DNA of 64,000 bases from a virus (taxonomy: Duplodnaviria > Caudoviricetes), in IMG/VR virus record IMGVR_UViG_3300006153_000003; one strand, 5' to 3'. The notes beneath the pieces are model-generated. The model worked only from the letters and a program-made list of their open reading frames with translations. It was not told where the DNA came from and made no database searches. Made by a program: the position numbers and the translations under genes. Positions 37,223 to 47,785 of this stretch are shown here, one piece after another; the stretch's first letter is position 1; each line of letters opens with the position of its first letter.

Positions 37223-38440
37223 ATGAATATGAACGCTATCGGTATTGATGTTTCCAAACGTAAAAGCATGGTTTCCATCCTCCGCCCAGGCGGTGAAGTC
37301 GTGGCCAAACCTTTTGAAGTATCTCATTTATCCAAGGATCTCCGATCATTGATTCATCGGATCAGAGCCCTTGATGGAGAATCTCGTATCGTCATGGAGT
37401 GTACCGGACATTACTATGAGACCATTGCCCATGAGCTTGTCTCTGCCGGTCTGTTTGTCAGCGCTGTAAATCCACAGCTTATACGTCATTATCAGGACGA
37501 AGACAACTCCCTGCGGAAAGTAAAGTCCGACAAAGCAGATTCCCTTAAAATCGCACGCTATACACTTGACAGATGGTCAAAATTGAAACAATATGGTCTT
37601 ATGGATGAATTACGCAATCAATTAAAGACCATGAACCGCCAGTTTGGCTTCTACATGAAGCACAAGACTGCCATGAAAAACAATCTGATCGGCCTTCTTG
37701 ACCAAACTTATCCCGGTGTAAACACCTATTTTGACAGCCCTGCCCGCGAAGACGGAAGCCAGAAATGGGTTGACTTTGCGGACTGCTACTGGCATGCAGA
37801 CTGTGTCCGTAAGATGTCTGCGGACGCTTTTGTTGACCACTATCAAAAGTGGTGTCACCGCAAGAAGTACAACTTCAGCAAAACAAAAGCTGAAGAAATC
37901 TATGAAACAGCCAAGGAACTGGTTTCTGTACTTCCAAAAGATGTCTTTACCAAACGTATCATCAAACAGGCGGTTGAGCAGTTAAATACTGCATCCCGAA
38001 CTGTTGAACAGCTCCGTTCTCTAATGAACGAAACCGCAGCCAAGCTTCCAGAATACTCTGTCGTTATGGCGATGAAAGGCGTAGGCCCCTCCCTGGGTCC
38101 ACAGCTAATAGCAGAAATCGGAGATGTGGCACGCTTTACCCATCGGAACGCCATTACCGCATTTGCTGGTGTTGACCCAGGTGTAAATGAATCCGGGGAT
38201 TACTCTCAAAAAAGTGTCCATGCATCAAAACATGGTTCCCCCGCGCTCCGTAAGACCCTATTTCAGGTCATGGACGTTCTAATTAAGACCAAGCCACAAG
38301 ATGACCCCGTGTATTTGTTCATGGACAAGAAACGTGCGCAAGGCAAGGCTTACTATGTCTACATGACAGCCGGGGCAAATAAGTTTCTCCGGATTTATTA
38401 CGGAAGAGTCAAAGAATATTTGGCTTCCCTTCCACAATAG
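37223..38440 (+). CDS. IS110 DEDD recombinase/transposase
   Basis: IGIDVSK, MECTGHY, KSDKADS, AFAGVDP...ESG motifs. Confidence 0.95.
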   Translation: MNMNAIGIDVSKRKSMVSILRPGGEVVAKPFEVSHLSKDLRSLIHRIRALDGESRIVMECTGHYYETIAHELVSAGLFVSAVNPQLIRHYQDEDNSLRKVKSDKADSLKIARYTLDRWSKLKQYGLMDELRNQLKTMNRQFGFYMKHKTAMKNNLIGLLDQTYPGVNTYFDSPAREDGSQKWVDFADCYWHADCVRKMSADAFVDHYQKWCHRKKYNFSKTKAEEIYETAKELVSVLPKDVFTKRIIKQAVEQLNTASRTVEQLRSLMNETAAKLPEYSVVMAMKGVGPSLGPQLIAEIGDVARFTHRNAITAFAGVDPGVNESGDYSQKSVHASKHGSPALRKTLFQVMDVLIKTKPQDDPVYLFMDKKRAQGKAYYVYMTAGANKFLRIYYGRVKEYLASLPQ

Positions 38441-38568
38441 CAGAAATTACATAACTCAAGCAATTCACAAAACCAGCGTTCTACGGTGGTCTGGTTGTTG
38501 TACGCATTTTTCCTACATAAAACTTTTTCAAAAAATATTCAATTTTCTATTGACTTTTTATTTGCAGG

Positions 38569-38793
38569 CTATTTATAATGACAACTCGTGCCATCTTCAA
38601 AATATAGTGTCAATCCATCTTCCGCTTCCGCATAGATTACTTTCTCCAAGTCTACAGAATCCACCTTCTTCGGATCCGTGTATGCGTGCCTTGCAAATGC
38701 AATCTTTCCAGCATCCAATACAATCAACCCCGCCAACAATGCCAATACTATTCTTTTCTTCATTCTCTTCACTTCCTTCCTTGATTTTTCCAT
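38569..38793 (-). CDS. Small exported protein
   Basis: MKKRIVLALLAGLIVL signal-like segment. Confidence 0.65.
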   Translation of the reverse strand: MEKSRKEVKRMKKRIVLALLAGLIVLDAGKIAFARHAYTDPKKVDSVDLEKVIYAEAEDGLTLYFEDGTSCHYK

Positions 38794-38967
38794 AAAAAAG
38801 ACTTGCGACTTCTTACGGCCACAAGTCTAAAAATCTTACTCATAATCTTCCGGATTATAATTTTCTGGATACATCTGCGCGTATACTTCTCTGCAGGCAG
38901 TGTCTTCATCTAGTCCCATATCCATTAACTCTTCTATCATTTCAAGATAATTCATGCTCTTCCCTCC

Positions 38968-39471
38968 TTATGCTGAAATCATCTCAGGTTCCATTGTCCG
39001 AGTCTGGAAACGTTCAGAACCATACATATTCCGGATATCTTCCATACTTCTTTCTACTTTTCCACGCTTCTTATATGGTTCAAAATGAAAATACCAGGCA
39101 GATTTTTTCCGACTCCACATAAAATGTAATTCTTTTAAGATGGACTTTGCCGAGAAAGTATCACCGGTTACCCATAACCAGGATCCACACAATTCGATTA
39201 CGATTCCAGGTACTTTCATCAGTGTGTTGATGATATCCATGTACTGTTCTGCCGTTTCACTGGTTTCTTTAGTATTAGTATAGGTTTCTCCTTGGGCATT
39301 AGTATGAATATCTTTCAATCTCTTCCATACTTTCTCAAAATCCGCTTGCATCTTCTGGAATTCCGCTGTGGTATCTTCCGTATTGCAATCTGGATGCAAT
39401 TCACGCGCAAGTCTTTTATATTCTTGCTTTGCTTCTTCTGCTGTTTTGCAGTTCGTAAAATATGTAGTCAT
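38968..39471 (-). CDS. J-domain (DnaJ-like) protein
   Basis: KQEYKRLARELHPD. Confidence 0.85.
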   Translation of the reverse strand: MTTYFTNCKTAEEAKQEYKRLARELHPDCNTEDTTAEFQKMQADFEKVWKRLKDIHTNAQGETYTNTKETSETAEQYMDIINTLMKVPGIVIELCGSWLWVTGDTFSAKSILKELHFMWSRKKSAWYFHFEPYKKRGKVERSMEDIRNMYGSERFQTRTMEPEMISA

Positions 39472-40200
39472 AATTGTGATCTCCCTTCTACTTTCTTAAT
39501 TTTTCCATCTTTTCAACAAAAAGACCAATATCTTTTTAGGGATATCAATCTTAAAATCTTTGAAATCTTAAATTTACTTAATATTCCATCTGCTCAGAAT
39601 AAAGATGTGAATACTCCTCACACTCTTTTCTTTTTGGACATCTGTTGCAATCAGCTTCATACTGACTACAGACTTTTTCTAAAATCTTTTCTAATTCTTC
39701 TAATCTTGTCATTATATTGTCCTCCTGTATAATTTATATTTATATTTTCTATAAAGAAAAAAGTCCCACACTTTTTTAGGAATATGAGACTTATTTTATT
39801 ATCTCCGTGATGCTATCTTACGATAGTAGCGCATGACGCCGTGTCGTGTGATTCTCCAATCTTTTTTATATCACAGGGATTTACGGACTCCCTAACGGTC
39901 TTTATTTTTATCCTGATGGCTTTTACTGTACTTTCCTTGAATTTCCACACCGTCTGACCATTCCAGCATTTAAATTCTAACGCGCTTTTCCATTGCGTGT
40001 ACAATCTGTTTTTAATGGCAGATGTACAAGCTGCCACAATGCCGGCACAATTATTATAGTGCATTGCCGATCTTGAGCACTATATATTACTTCGCGTTGA
40101 CATCACATTCCTTTTTATAAAGCAATTGACCGCTTTTATAAGTGTTTCCGTCCTCTTATTTAAAAAGGGCTTGCCACTTGACAAGTCCTGATTTTTTTCC

Positions 40201-41037
40201 TTATTTTACAAGGTATTCGATTGCAAGTTTAGAGATCACTTCATAAAACCGTGTGAAATCATATGTAGTTTTCCCTTCTTTATCTCTCTTGCGCTGAATC
40301 AACGTCTTCAGTGTACGCCCTTCATACCTGATTTCATTGCTTTTACCAATTCTTGAAAATCTAACATTCAGAGAACGTACATATAAATTGTGTATATACG
40401 CTAAATCTGTCTTATTAAATTTCATATTGATCTTTTTTGTCATATCTGTCTCAATTGGAAGTGAAAACAGAGACTTTATAATTTTTCCAATCTCCGCAGC
40501 TGAGAAAGAATAATCATTCCGTTGATTTTCACCGTCAACTAAACATCCCATCTCATCAATGTCACGGTCTTCCAATTGATGAATGCGTTCCATTGCTTCA
40601 TACAGTTGCACGTTTTCAATCCTATTCATAACCACATATTTATAAAGCTTAGAATTTTCCTGACATGCTGTAAGTCTCAAAACATTTCTAACGGCATATT
40701 CATCATTCTTTACATATTCATTATGAGATTCTGCGATATGATTGACTGTATATTCCCATCTCGGCTTTAATGCTTGCATTGTCTTAAAGTTATCCTTAAT
40801 TTCTTCCTCAAGCTTTTCGATCTTCCTTTTGATTCCATTTATTTCATCCTCAGATAAAGTTTCATCCTGTAAAGATTTAGTCAGAGATGCTACTTTTTCA
40901 TTCAAAAGTGTGTTTGTCATGTCCAGTCCTTCATAGCGTACTGCTGCTGAAACCAGATCAATTGACTTACAACTAACGATTTCTTCACGGACGCACGCCT
41001 TAATATTATCTGCTACTTTAACATATGTAAATAACAT
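40201..41037 (-). CDS. Hypothetical protein, first large gene after the leader
   Basis: 278-aa ORF with RBS. Confidence 0.8.
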   Translation of the reverse strand: MLFTYVKVADNIKACVREEIVSCKSIDLVSAAVRYEGLDMTNTLLNEKVASLTKSLQDETLSEDEINGIKRKIEKLEEEIKDNFKTMQALKPRWEYTVNHIAESHNEYVKNDEYAVRNVLRLTACQENSKLYKYVVMNRIENVQLYEAMERIHQLEDRDIDEMGCLVDGENQRNDYSFSAAEIGKIIKSLFSLPIETDMTKKINMKFNKTDLAYIHNLYVRSLNVRFSRIGKSNEIRYEGRTLKTLIQRKRDKEGKTTYDFTRFYEVISKLAIEYLVK

Positions 41038-41444
41038 AATTACACCGCCTTTTCTATGCTAAATCTATGTGAACATGTTTCTATTTTCTATATGTATTTT
41101 TATCCCGCTTTTTCTCAATTACAGTCTGTCAGTCTGTAAAATCAGCGGTGGGGTCGGGCAATTTCAGCCCTTAGACTTAACTCTAGCCTGTTAACTTTTC
41201 CCCTTTTCATATTCTTATGAGGATGGTTAGCAACTACCCAGTAACCTTTTCTGGCAGATTACGCGATTCTTAATTTCTAGCCGCCCCATATGGGCATTTT
41301 AGCATCAATTTCAGAAATCAACCCTTAAATTGTCAATGTACAGGGATTTTGATATCATCTATATTTCCGTCAAATTAAGACAGAACCATACCAAATTAAG
41401 GTAATTATATAAATGACTTTTTTCGGGAATTTCCATTGTCAGAA

Positions 41445-41551
41445 TTGACAATTCTTTAGAAATGCGTTATACTTCACTTGCTTAAGGTAGAAGAGTTAAC
41501 GCTTTTCTAGGAAATTTCCCTATCTTCTTTGGAAGATGGGGATTTTTCTTT
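41445..41551 (+). ncRNA. Putative ~70-nt antisense sRNA with its promoter and terminator
   Basis: TTGACA-17-TATACT; terminator TCCCTATCTTC...GAAGATGGGGA plus T-tract. Confidence 0.5.
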
Positions 41552-41558
41552 CTAATCC

Positions 41559-41747
41559 TCAATCCTCCATACCTTTAGATGTTACCGTGTATCTGGTTTC
41601 AACCTTAACGTCTACTTTCCCATCAACATAGGCTTGCAACAATGCTTCAGCCACGTCGCTATATTTCAACTTTTCAGCTTTGCATTTATCTCTAAAGATA
41701 CGTTGTAAGGATTCGTCAATCTGAATCGACATTGCTTTTCTTGCCAT
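41559..41747 (-). CDS. Ribbon-helix-helix regulator
   Basis: KAMSIQIDESL...YSDVAEALLQAYV; AAGGAGG RBS. Confidence 0.75.
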   Translation of the reverse strand: MARKAMSIQIDESLQRIFRDKCKAEKLKYSDVAEALLQAYVDGKVDVKVETRYTVTSKGMED

Positions 41748-41839
41748 TCCTGTATATCCTCCTTACACAATACACAGTATCACTGTTTTAGTGATTTGTC
41801 AATCACTATTTTAATGATTTTTGTAAAAGTTTTTCCGTC

Positions 41840-42760
41840 CTCAAATAAACCGACTTCTTCGCCGATGTATAACTTTTCGCTGCCATCACAATCTTTTTTA
41901 GAGTCCAATTGACCGGACTTTCCCTATAATTTATAGCAATTAGTTTCTGAGCACGTATTCATATACTCATACTTACGATACCGGCGCGGGAAGCCTTGCT
42001 ATCTGATATCATGTTTAGGGGTTCCTGGGGTAAAGTCTGACACTTTCGATGCTTTACCCCGTTTCGATTGTATACCGACATATACCGTTTCTGTCCTTCC
42101 ATGGCATTTTTTCAAATTCTCAGCTGGGTTTCGCCCGTAATGCCCTAAGTGCTTATACCTACTCAGATCATAAAGCTTGTAGAGATTTTTATGTCCCGTT
42201 TGAGCGGTGGTTATTATCCCGTCTTTATGTCCTTTTGCTTCCCTAGTGTTTGTTGCCTTTTGGAAGTATCACCTTTTAACTATCACTCTATCTTAGTTGC
42301 CGTGTCAACGGGGAAAGAATGGTCATTGTCAAAATGTGATTGACAGAAACGATATACACCGTATACGGTGGGACTCTGTCGTTATAGTCCGTTTACGTTG
42401 CTTTTTACGGAATGCAATAACCATCGACTTGTTGACTGGTTTACCGCTCATTTTAACGACTTTAGCGAGACGCATGTTTGTCGACTATTGGGTTAACGTT
42501 GTGACCGCTCTAATGCGCTTATGCGGTGGCTTTTTAGCTTATTTACCGCCTCTCAAATATCACTATTGACTTTTCACTACTTGCCAAAAGTGACACGGCA
42601 CTAATGACTTTTTCGCAAGTCTCAATATTATGTTGAGGATTTTTGTACCTTTTTAAAAAGAACGCTGTCAATATATGCACTTATTACATTTTAGGCGATA
42701 TATGCACTTATTACCATATAGGCAGCCCTCACGCCTTCATCTGTAGCCCTCATGACGATA
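41840..42760. ncRNA. Large structured non-coding region
   Basis: No credible ORF, raised GC, many hairpins and three crossing long-range helices. Confidence 0.45.
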
Positions 42761-42821
42761 TTAAAAAGGTGTAAAGCCCTTAACAACTGAATAAAGACTT
42801 TACACCTTAACTTGATGTAGG

Positions 42822-42974
42822 TTATTCTGTTTTGTCAGAATTGCTGCTACTTGTCATTCCCTTGTCAATACGTTTAATACCGTTTTTTATAACCTCTTTT
42901 GCTTTCTCTGTATTGTCAGTTTCAAGTAGAGCTAATATAGAATCTAATAATATACATAGCTCTTGATTATTCAT
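42822..42974 (-). CDS. 50-aa protein MNNQELCILLDSILALLETDNTEKAKEVIKNGIKRIDKGMTSSSNSDKTE
   Basis: AAGGTGG RBS; upstream TTTACA...TATAAT; flanked by an inverted repeat. Confidence 0.6.
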   Translation of the reverse strand: MNNQELCILLDSILALLETDNTEKAKEVIKNGIKRIDKGMTSSSNSDKTE

Positions 42975-43314
42975 ATCTTCACCACCTTTTTATAAGTAAG
43001 CGCCGTTTACTTTGGTACTTTTATTATATCAATCGGTGAATGTGGTGTAAAGCCTTTATTCAATTGTCAAGGTGCTTTAGGTTATTCGACTGGTAAGCTC
43101 ATCCTATCTAACTTTTTGCTGATTACTTACCAGTGATAAGGGGCTCTGCCGGAAACGTGCTAGGCGCCGGTCTTCCTACCTTATGTAGCTTTCGGTCAGA
43201 CTTGTTAGGGGCTCAGGCTTTCAAGTGTCTGCCACTGTTTACCTATCGTTTAACCTTTATCCCTCGGTGATGTCGGTTTGTGTTGCTTTACCGTGTTCCC
43301 CTTGGGATGGTTAT

Positions 43315-43412
43315 ACTATATCATGGCTAAACTCATTTTTCAAGTCTTTTTTATGGGTTTAGCCATGTTTGTTTATTATTACTAATATACATATTAAAAT
43401 GAGTTTAGTCAT
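43315..43412 (-). promoter_or_regulatory. Probable main leftward promoter with three operator copies
   Basis: TTGAAA-17-TATAGT; ATGRGTTTAGYCAT at 43323 (inverted), 43353 and 43399. Confidence 0.7.
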
Positions 43413-43531
43413 TTATATATTATGCACAATATCTAATAGTATTATTGACAAACCACATGATACAATGATACTGTTATATACTACCCTTTTGCCCAAAAAG
43501 AAGAATATTACATATAGGAAAGGGGAAAAAC

Positions 43532-43771
43532 ATGATGAACGAAATAGAAAAGAAAAAGAGAATAAAAGAACAAAATAGAAAGGCTGTCAAGAAATATAGA
43601 GAAAAAACAGTCAGCTTTGCCGTAAAATATAGTGCTGTTGATGCTGAGCAAGGAAAACGGTTAAAAGCTTATCTTGCCAATACCGGACAGAGTGCCAATG
43701 CATATATAAAAGAATTGATCAAGCGTGATTTAGATAGTAAAGGGATTGAATATACCACAAATGAGGAATAA
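43532..43771 (+). CDS. RHH-like DNA-binding protein
   Basis: KYREKTVSFAVK...SANAYIKELIKRDL. Confidence 0.75.
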   Translation: MMNEIEKKKRIKEQNRKAVKKYREKTVSFAVKYSAVDAEQGKRLKAYLANTGQSANAYIKELIKRDLDSKGIEYTTNEE

Positions 43772-43776
43772 AAATC

Positions 43777-44892
43777 ATGATAGACAAGTTTATAGATATA
43801 TTAGTCAAATATAAAAGTGAGAAATGGTGTCCTGATATTGCTTTTAATATTAATAATAATATACAAGATATAATATGCTATTTAAAGAATATAAAAAAGA
43901 ATTTATCTCACAAAATATTTGAAATTAATTTATCTGATAAAATATATGATGATAATATAATTATTGATATACAAAACGACATTAAAAGTATAAAAGAATT
44001 AATTAAACATTTTGAAAAACTGAAACAAAATATTATTGATATAACATCAAGAATAGAGCAAAAAGTAATATTTGATACACAAATATATTTATATGTTATT
44101 GATGATAATTTGTGTCCAGAATGCAATGTAAAATTATATCCTTTATACATCGATTACCAAAAAAATATAGACGGAAATATAGATAATTATGAGAGAATAG
44201 AAGGTTATGAATGTCAATGCTGTAAAAAAATATTTGCTATGCAATATGATATAAATGATATTGATTTTACTGATACAAATATTACATTAGACTATCGCTA
44301 TTTAAAAGATGAAAATCAACTAACTTTTAATGATGTTATAGTATTATCTAATCTCATATCATGTACTACTAAAGAACATAGTTTAAAGGATATAATAGCA
44401 CAGATACCCATAATTAGCGCGAATGGTAGTATTGATTTTATCAGACTTAATATATCGTATTGCAGTAATTGCAATAAGTATATTATGCTGAAAAATGATT
44501 TTAAAGAAATTGATGGAATTGTAGCTTGTAAGGTTATTGATAAAACTACTATACGGAATAGAAATGATAGTGATATCATTGAAATAAAACAATATGAATC
44601 TATATTGTATCAGTATGGATATAATGTAAAAGCTAAAGACAATTTAAGCGATAAACAGAGACATCTAATACTTGCTGCTGTGGTGGAGTCTGGTATATTG
44701 ACACGTGAACAAATATGCTCTCATTTAGATACTTTAATAGAGCGTGGAAGTAAAATAGAAAAGTGGAAAGACGCAACTAAAAAATGGAGACAAGATAGGC
44801 ATTATGTAAAGGGATATAATGTAAATAATTTACCTAAAATATTGATTGAAAAAGTGATATTAAAATATAGTCAAATGTCATTAAATATATAA
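43777..44892 (+). CDS. Hypothetical very AT-rich protein with CxxC pairs
   Basis: 371-aa ORF. Confidence 0.8.
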   Translation: MIDKFIDILVKYKSEKWCPDIAFNINNNIQDIICYLKNIKKNLSHKIFEINLSDKIYDDNIIIDIQNDIKSIKELIKHFEKLKQNIIDITSRIEQKVIFDTQIYLYVIDDNLCPECNVKLYPLYIDYQKNIDGNIDNYERIEGYECQCCKKIFAMQYDINDIDFTDTNITLDYRYLKDENQLTFNDVIVLSNLISCTTKEHSLKDIIAQIPIISANGSIDFIRLNISYCSNCNKYIMLKNDFKEIDGIVACKVIDKTTIRNRNDSDIIEIKQYESILYQYGYNVKAKDNLSDKQRHLILAAVVESGILTREQICSHLDTLIERGSKIEKWKDATKKWRQDRHYVKGYNVNNLPKILIEKVILKYSQMSLNI

Positions 44893-45562
44893 AGTTATAT
44901 GTATATGTATGATGGTTATATGGGTATATGTCTGTCTGATCAGAGTGAATAAAGATATTGAGCACATAAAGAGATAGACGGTTATAAGGATGTATAAGAC
45001 GGCCATATGATGGCGTGTCATATGATGGTTATATATGTATGATATGATGGATGTATAAGGGCTTTAAAGAGCTTTAAAAGGACGTATAAGGCAGATAATA
45101 GGGATATATAGCAATAAGGGCTTATGATGGGCTTATGATGGTATAGTAATGTGATCTGGTGATCGGATGGCGCAATGAGTCAAGGAAAGCCAGGAGAAAA
45201 AAAAGAAATCAGATAATTATTTTATATATACAATTATTTGCAAATTATTTTATGAATTGTGATGATTTATTTGATTTATTTTGTAAATTATTGTACAATA
45301 TATATTATGCAAAATACTTTTGTAAAACCATTTTATAAAAGTATTTTATAAATTAGATATACAAAATATGTTTATAAAACCGAACCTAAATATCACTATC
45401 CCCCATACCTAAAACCATACCCCGGACACTTGAAACCCCTATAAGCAAGGGGTTTTTTGATGTCCTAAAGTTGCAAAAATGGTCTATTCATAACCAGATA
45501 TACCATAATACTACACTATTATGCTATGGGGGTATGTTTACATTACAAAACACTTCAAATTA

Positions 45563-45574
45563 GAACGAATGTTC
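45563..45574. promoter_or_regulatory. Possible LexA box
   Basis: GAAC-GAAT-GTTC. Confidence 0.4.
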
Positions 45575-46141
45575 TGGATGAGTTCCACACACAGATTACC
45601 TTCAAAAATCCAAATAATATCAACAAAAAATCCACCTCAGCCGGCATTAATCTTCTCATCCACTCTCCCATCACTACATCACTCCAAATTGTGTCAAAAT
45701 TACAAACAATTCATAAAATCACTCACCAAGCAGTTCGAGAACCAATTCGAGAAAACATCTCAACCTCAACAAAAATTAAATTATCAGACAATTCAATTTC
45801 CCATAAAACCCTATAAAAATACTATCCCACTCAGCAAAAAATCCTACAATTTCAATCAAATTCCCGAGCGTAACACAAAACAGAAATTTCCCAGGCAAAA
45901 TCACTACTCTCTCCCTACAAAATTTCCCTCTCTCAATCTCCAAAAAATCCTACAAAATCAACACTTTCCCTTACTCCCTCCTTCTCTCACTTCGAGCCAT
46001 TCCCGAGCTTCCTTTCAAGAATCCTATATCTCAAAATAAAAATATACTCATGGCTTTCAAATTCCCAGGAAATTTTTTGCATGATTTTCACCAGAGAAAA
46101 GAAGAAAAAGGTAAAGAAATTACAAAAACAAGAAGGAGAAC

Positions 46142-47119
46142 ATGATTATGAAAAAATATCTTATCAAATTCAGGAGCCAGGGAAAGGACTGTATAGAATC
46201 CTGCATTGTAGAAGAGGTGAATCTTTTAGCTGCAATTATTTTTGCAAGCAACAATCATAAGATATCATGTTATGACATATTCCACGTAGAGGAATTACCA
46301 CCAGATAATGATGCAATAGAAAGAAACAATAATATCACCGGTGATGATTGCATCTCCTCATTTCCATATGATATACTAATACCATCTAATACAAAAGAAA
46401 AAAAGGAGGAGAAATCTATATCTTTCTTTAATGTCAACTGGAAAGATTATACAGAATCATTAGCATCCATTGCTACACCTGAAAACTGGTCAAATGATAC
46501 TTATCCCAATAATGGCATACTTACAAATTATATTGTTCATACAGTTGAGAAACTAAAATCTGAAAAGAATATAATACAAACCAAAGATTACAGATTATTT
46601 AATACGGGATTATTTACCAAATATTATGAACCCATATATGCTTATGCTACAAATCAAAAAACAGTCTCTTTTCTAACTGAATATGATTTAGGGAAAATTG
46701 GAATTGAAAATTATCCTGAAAGAACAAATTATTTCACTGATCCCAGTTTGCTTCTATTCGACTGGCATTATAAGATTAATGTACATTATAAACATATTTT
46801 AGAAGATGAAGACAATCGACAGAGACTTCCAAAGGAAATATTAGAAAGATCTGATATTATCAATACCCTCAACGGCTCCATAGATACCATGAAAAAAAGA
46901 GTATCGGCAAATTACAAATTAGCTATACCACAGTATTTTGATGGAAAAGTGCAACTACTACTCCCATTATGTTTACGTTCTGACGATAAACCGGATTTGG
47001 CTTTAGTAGTAACAAAAGCAGCTAATACGTACCAGGGTCATACATGCATTACCTTAGATATGGCGTATAATAATGCACGGTTGATAGCAAAACCTGAGAA
47101 TAACTGGTTAAGTTCATAA
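46142..47119 (+). CDS. DUF3825-like protein
   Basis: FNTGL, AIPQYF..VQLLLPLCL, LDMAYNNARLIAKP motifs. Confidence 0.75.
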   Translation: MIMKKYLIKFRSQGKDCIESCIVEEVNLLAAIIFASNNHKISCYDIFHVEELPPDNDAIERNNNITGDDCISSFPYDILIPSNTKEKKEEKSISFFNVNWKDYTESLASIATPENWSNDTYPNNGILTNYIVHTVEKLKSEKNIIQTKDYRLFNTGLFTKYYEPIYAYATNQKTVSFLTEYDLGKIGIENYPERTNYFTDPSLLLFDWHYKINVHYKHILEDEDNRQRLPKEILERSDIINTLNGSIDTMKKRVSANYKLAIPQYFDGKVQLLLPLCLRSDDKPDLALVVTKAANTYQGHTCITLDMAYNNARLIAKPENNWLSS

Positions 47120-47785
47120 ATTTCACAGACAAAAATACAGTATGATAACAGAAATATCGCACTGTATTTTTTTGTTACTCTATTTTAAGAAATTGATACC
47201 AAAAATCCGTTTCTACCCTTTCAACACACAAATTATAGCTAAACATCATGAGATTGAAATTCTCCCCGTATTTTGCGCATATAATCTCCATTTCCCAGGT
47301 AAACACTCTATGGGTATATTTTGTTCCATCCCCATTAGGAGAATCAAAAACATATATCTTGATTTAGATAATGAGTAAATATCCCTACACCTCCCCGTAA
47401 ATAACCATATAAAAATTCTGTTAGGTTTATTTCGAGAAATCAGCATCTAAATCCATTTCACCCTCTTACCCTAACAAGTTATCACCCACCACCATAGGAT
47501 TGAAATTCACCCTTGATTTCGTCAATTTACTCCTTATATCTCAGGTAGATATATTTCGCCAGGACTCCCACAGGACTCTATATCGTGTTCAAAGCAATAT
47601 CATGACTTCCCACTTTCTATGTTGATTTTTCAAAATAATTTTCCTCAAAATACAGAAGTAATAAATGTCTGTAAAATAAAAGCAAAGGAGAGATTCTATT
47701 ATGACAAGCAACACAACTTTACAAATAATCAATTTTAATTTGAAATCCCAGGAAATATAGAAGTATATAAAGGAAAATATTTTTA

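Larger units (their letters stand above)
37008..38570 (+). mobile_element. IS110-family insertion sequence
   Basis: Higher GC than its surroundings; CT core at both ends; joining the ends creates TTGACT-17-TAGAAT. Confidence 0.85.

Noticed and set aside
42049-42569. Three short plus-strand ORFs in the leader
   Set aside because: No RBS or protein-like features; they overlap each other in structured non-coding DNA
45311-45347. Protelomerase telRL site
   Set aside because: Has a 3-nt loop and a mismatch rather than a perfect palindrome; no protelomerase gene in the window
45521-46039. ORFs of 172 and 96 aa
   Set aside because: Products of the low-G, C/A-skewed tract; no RBS; low complexity
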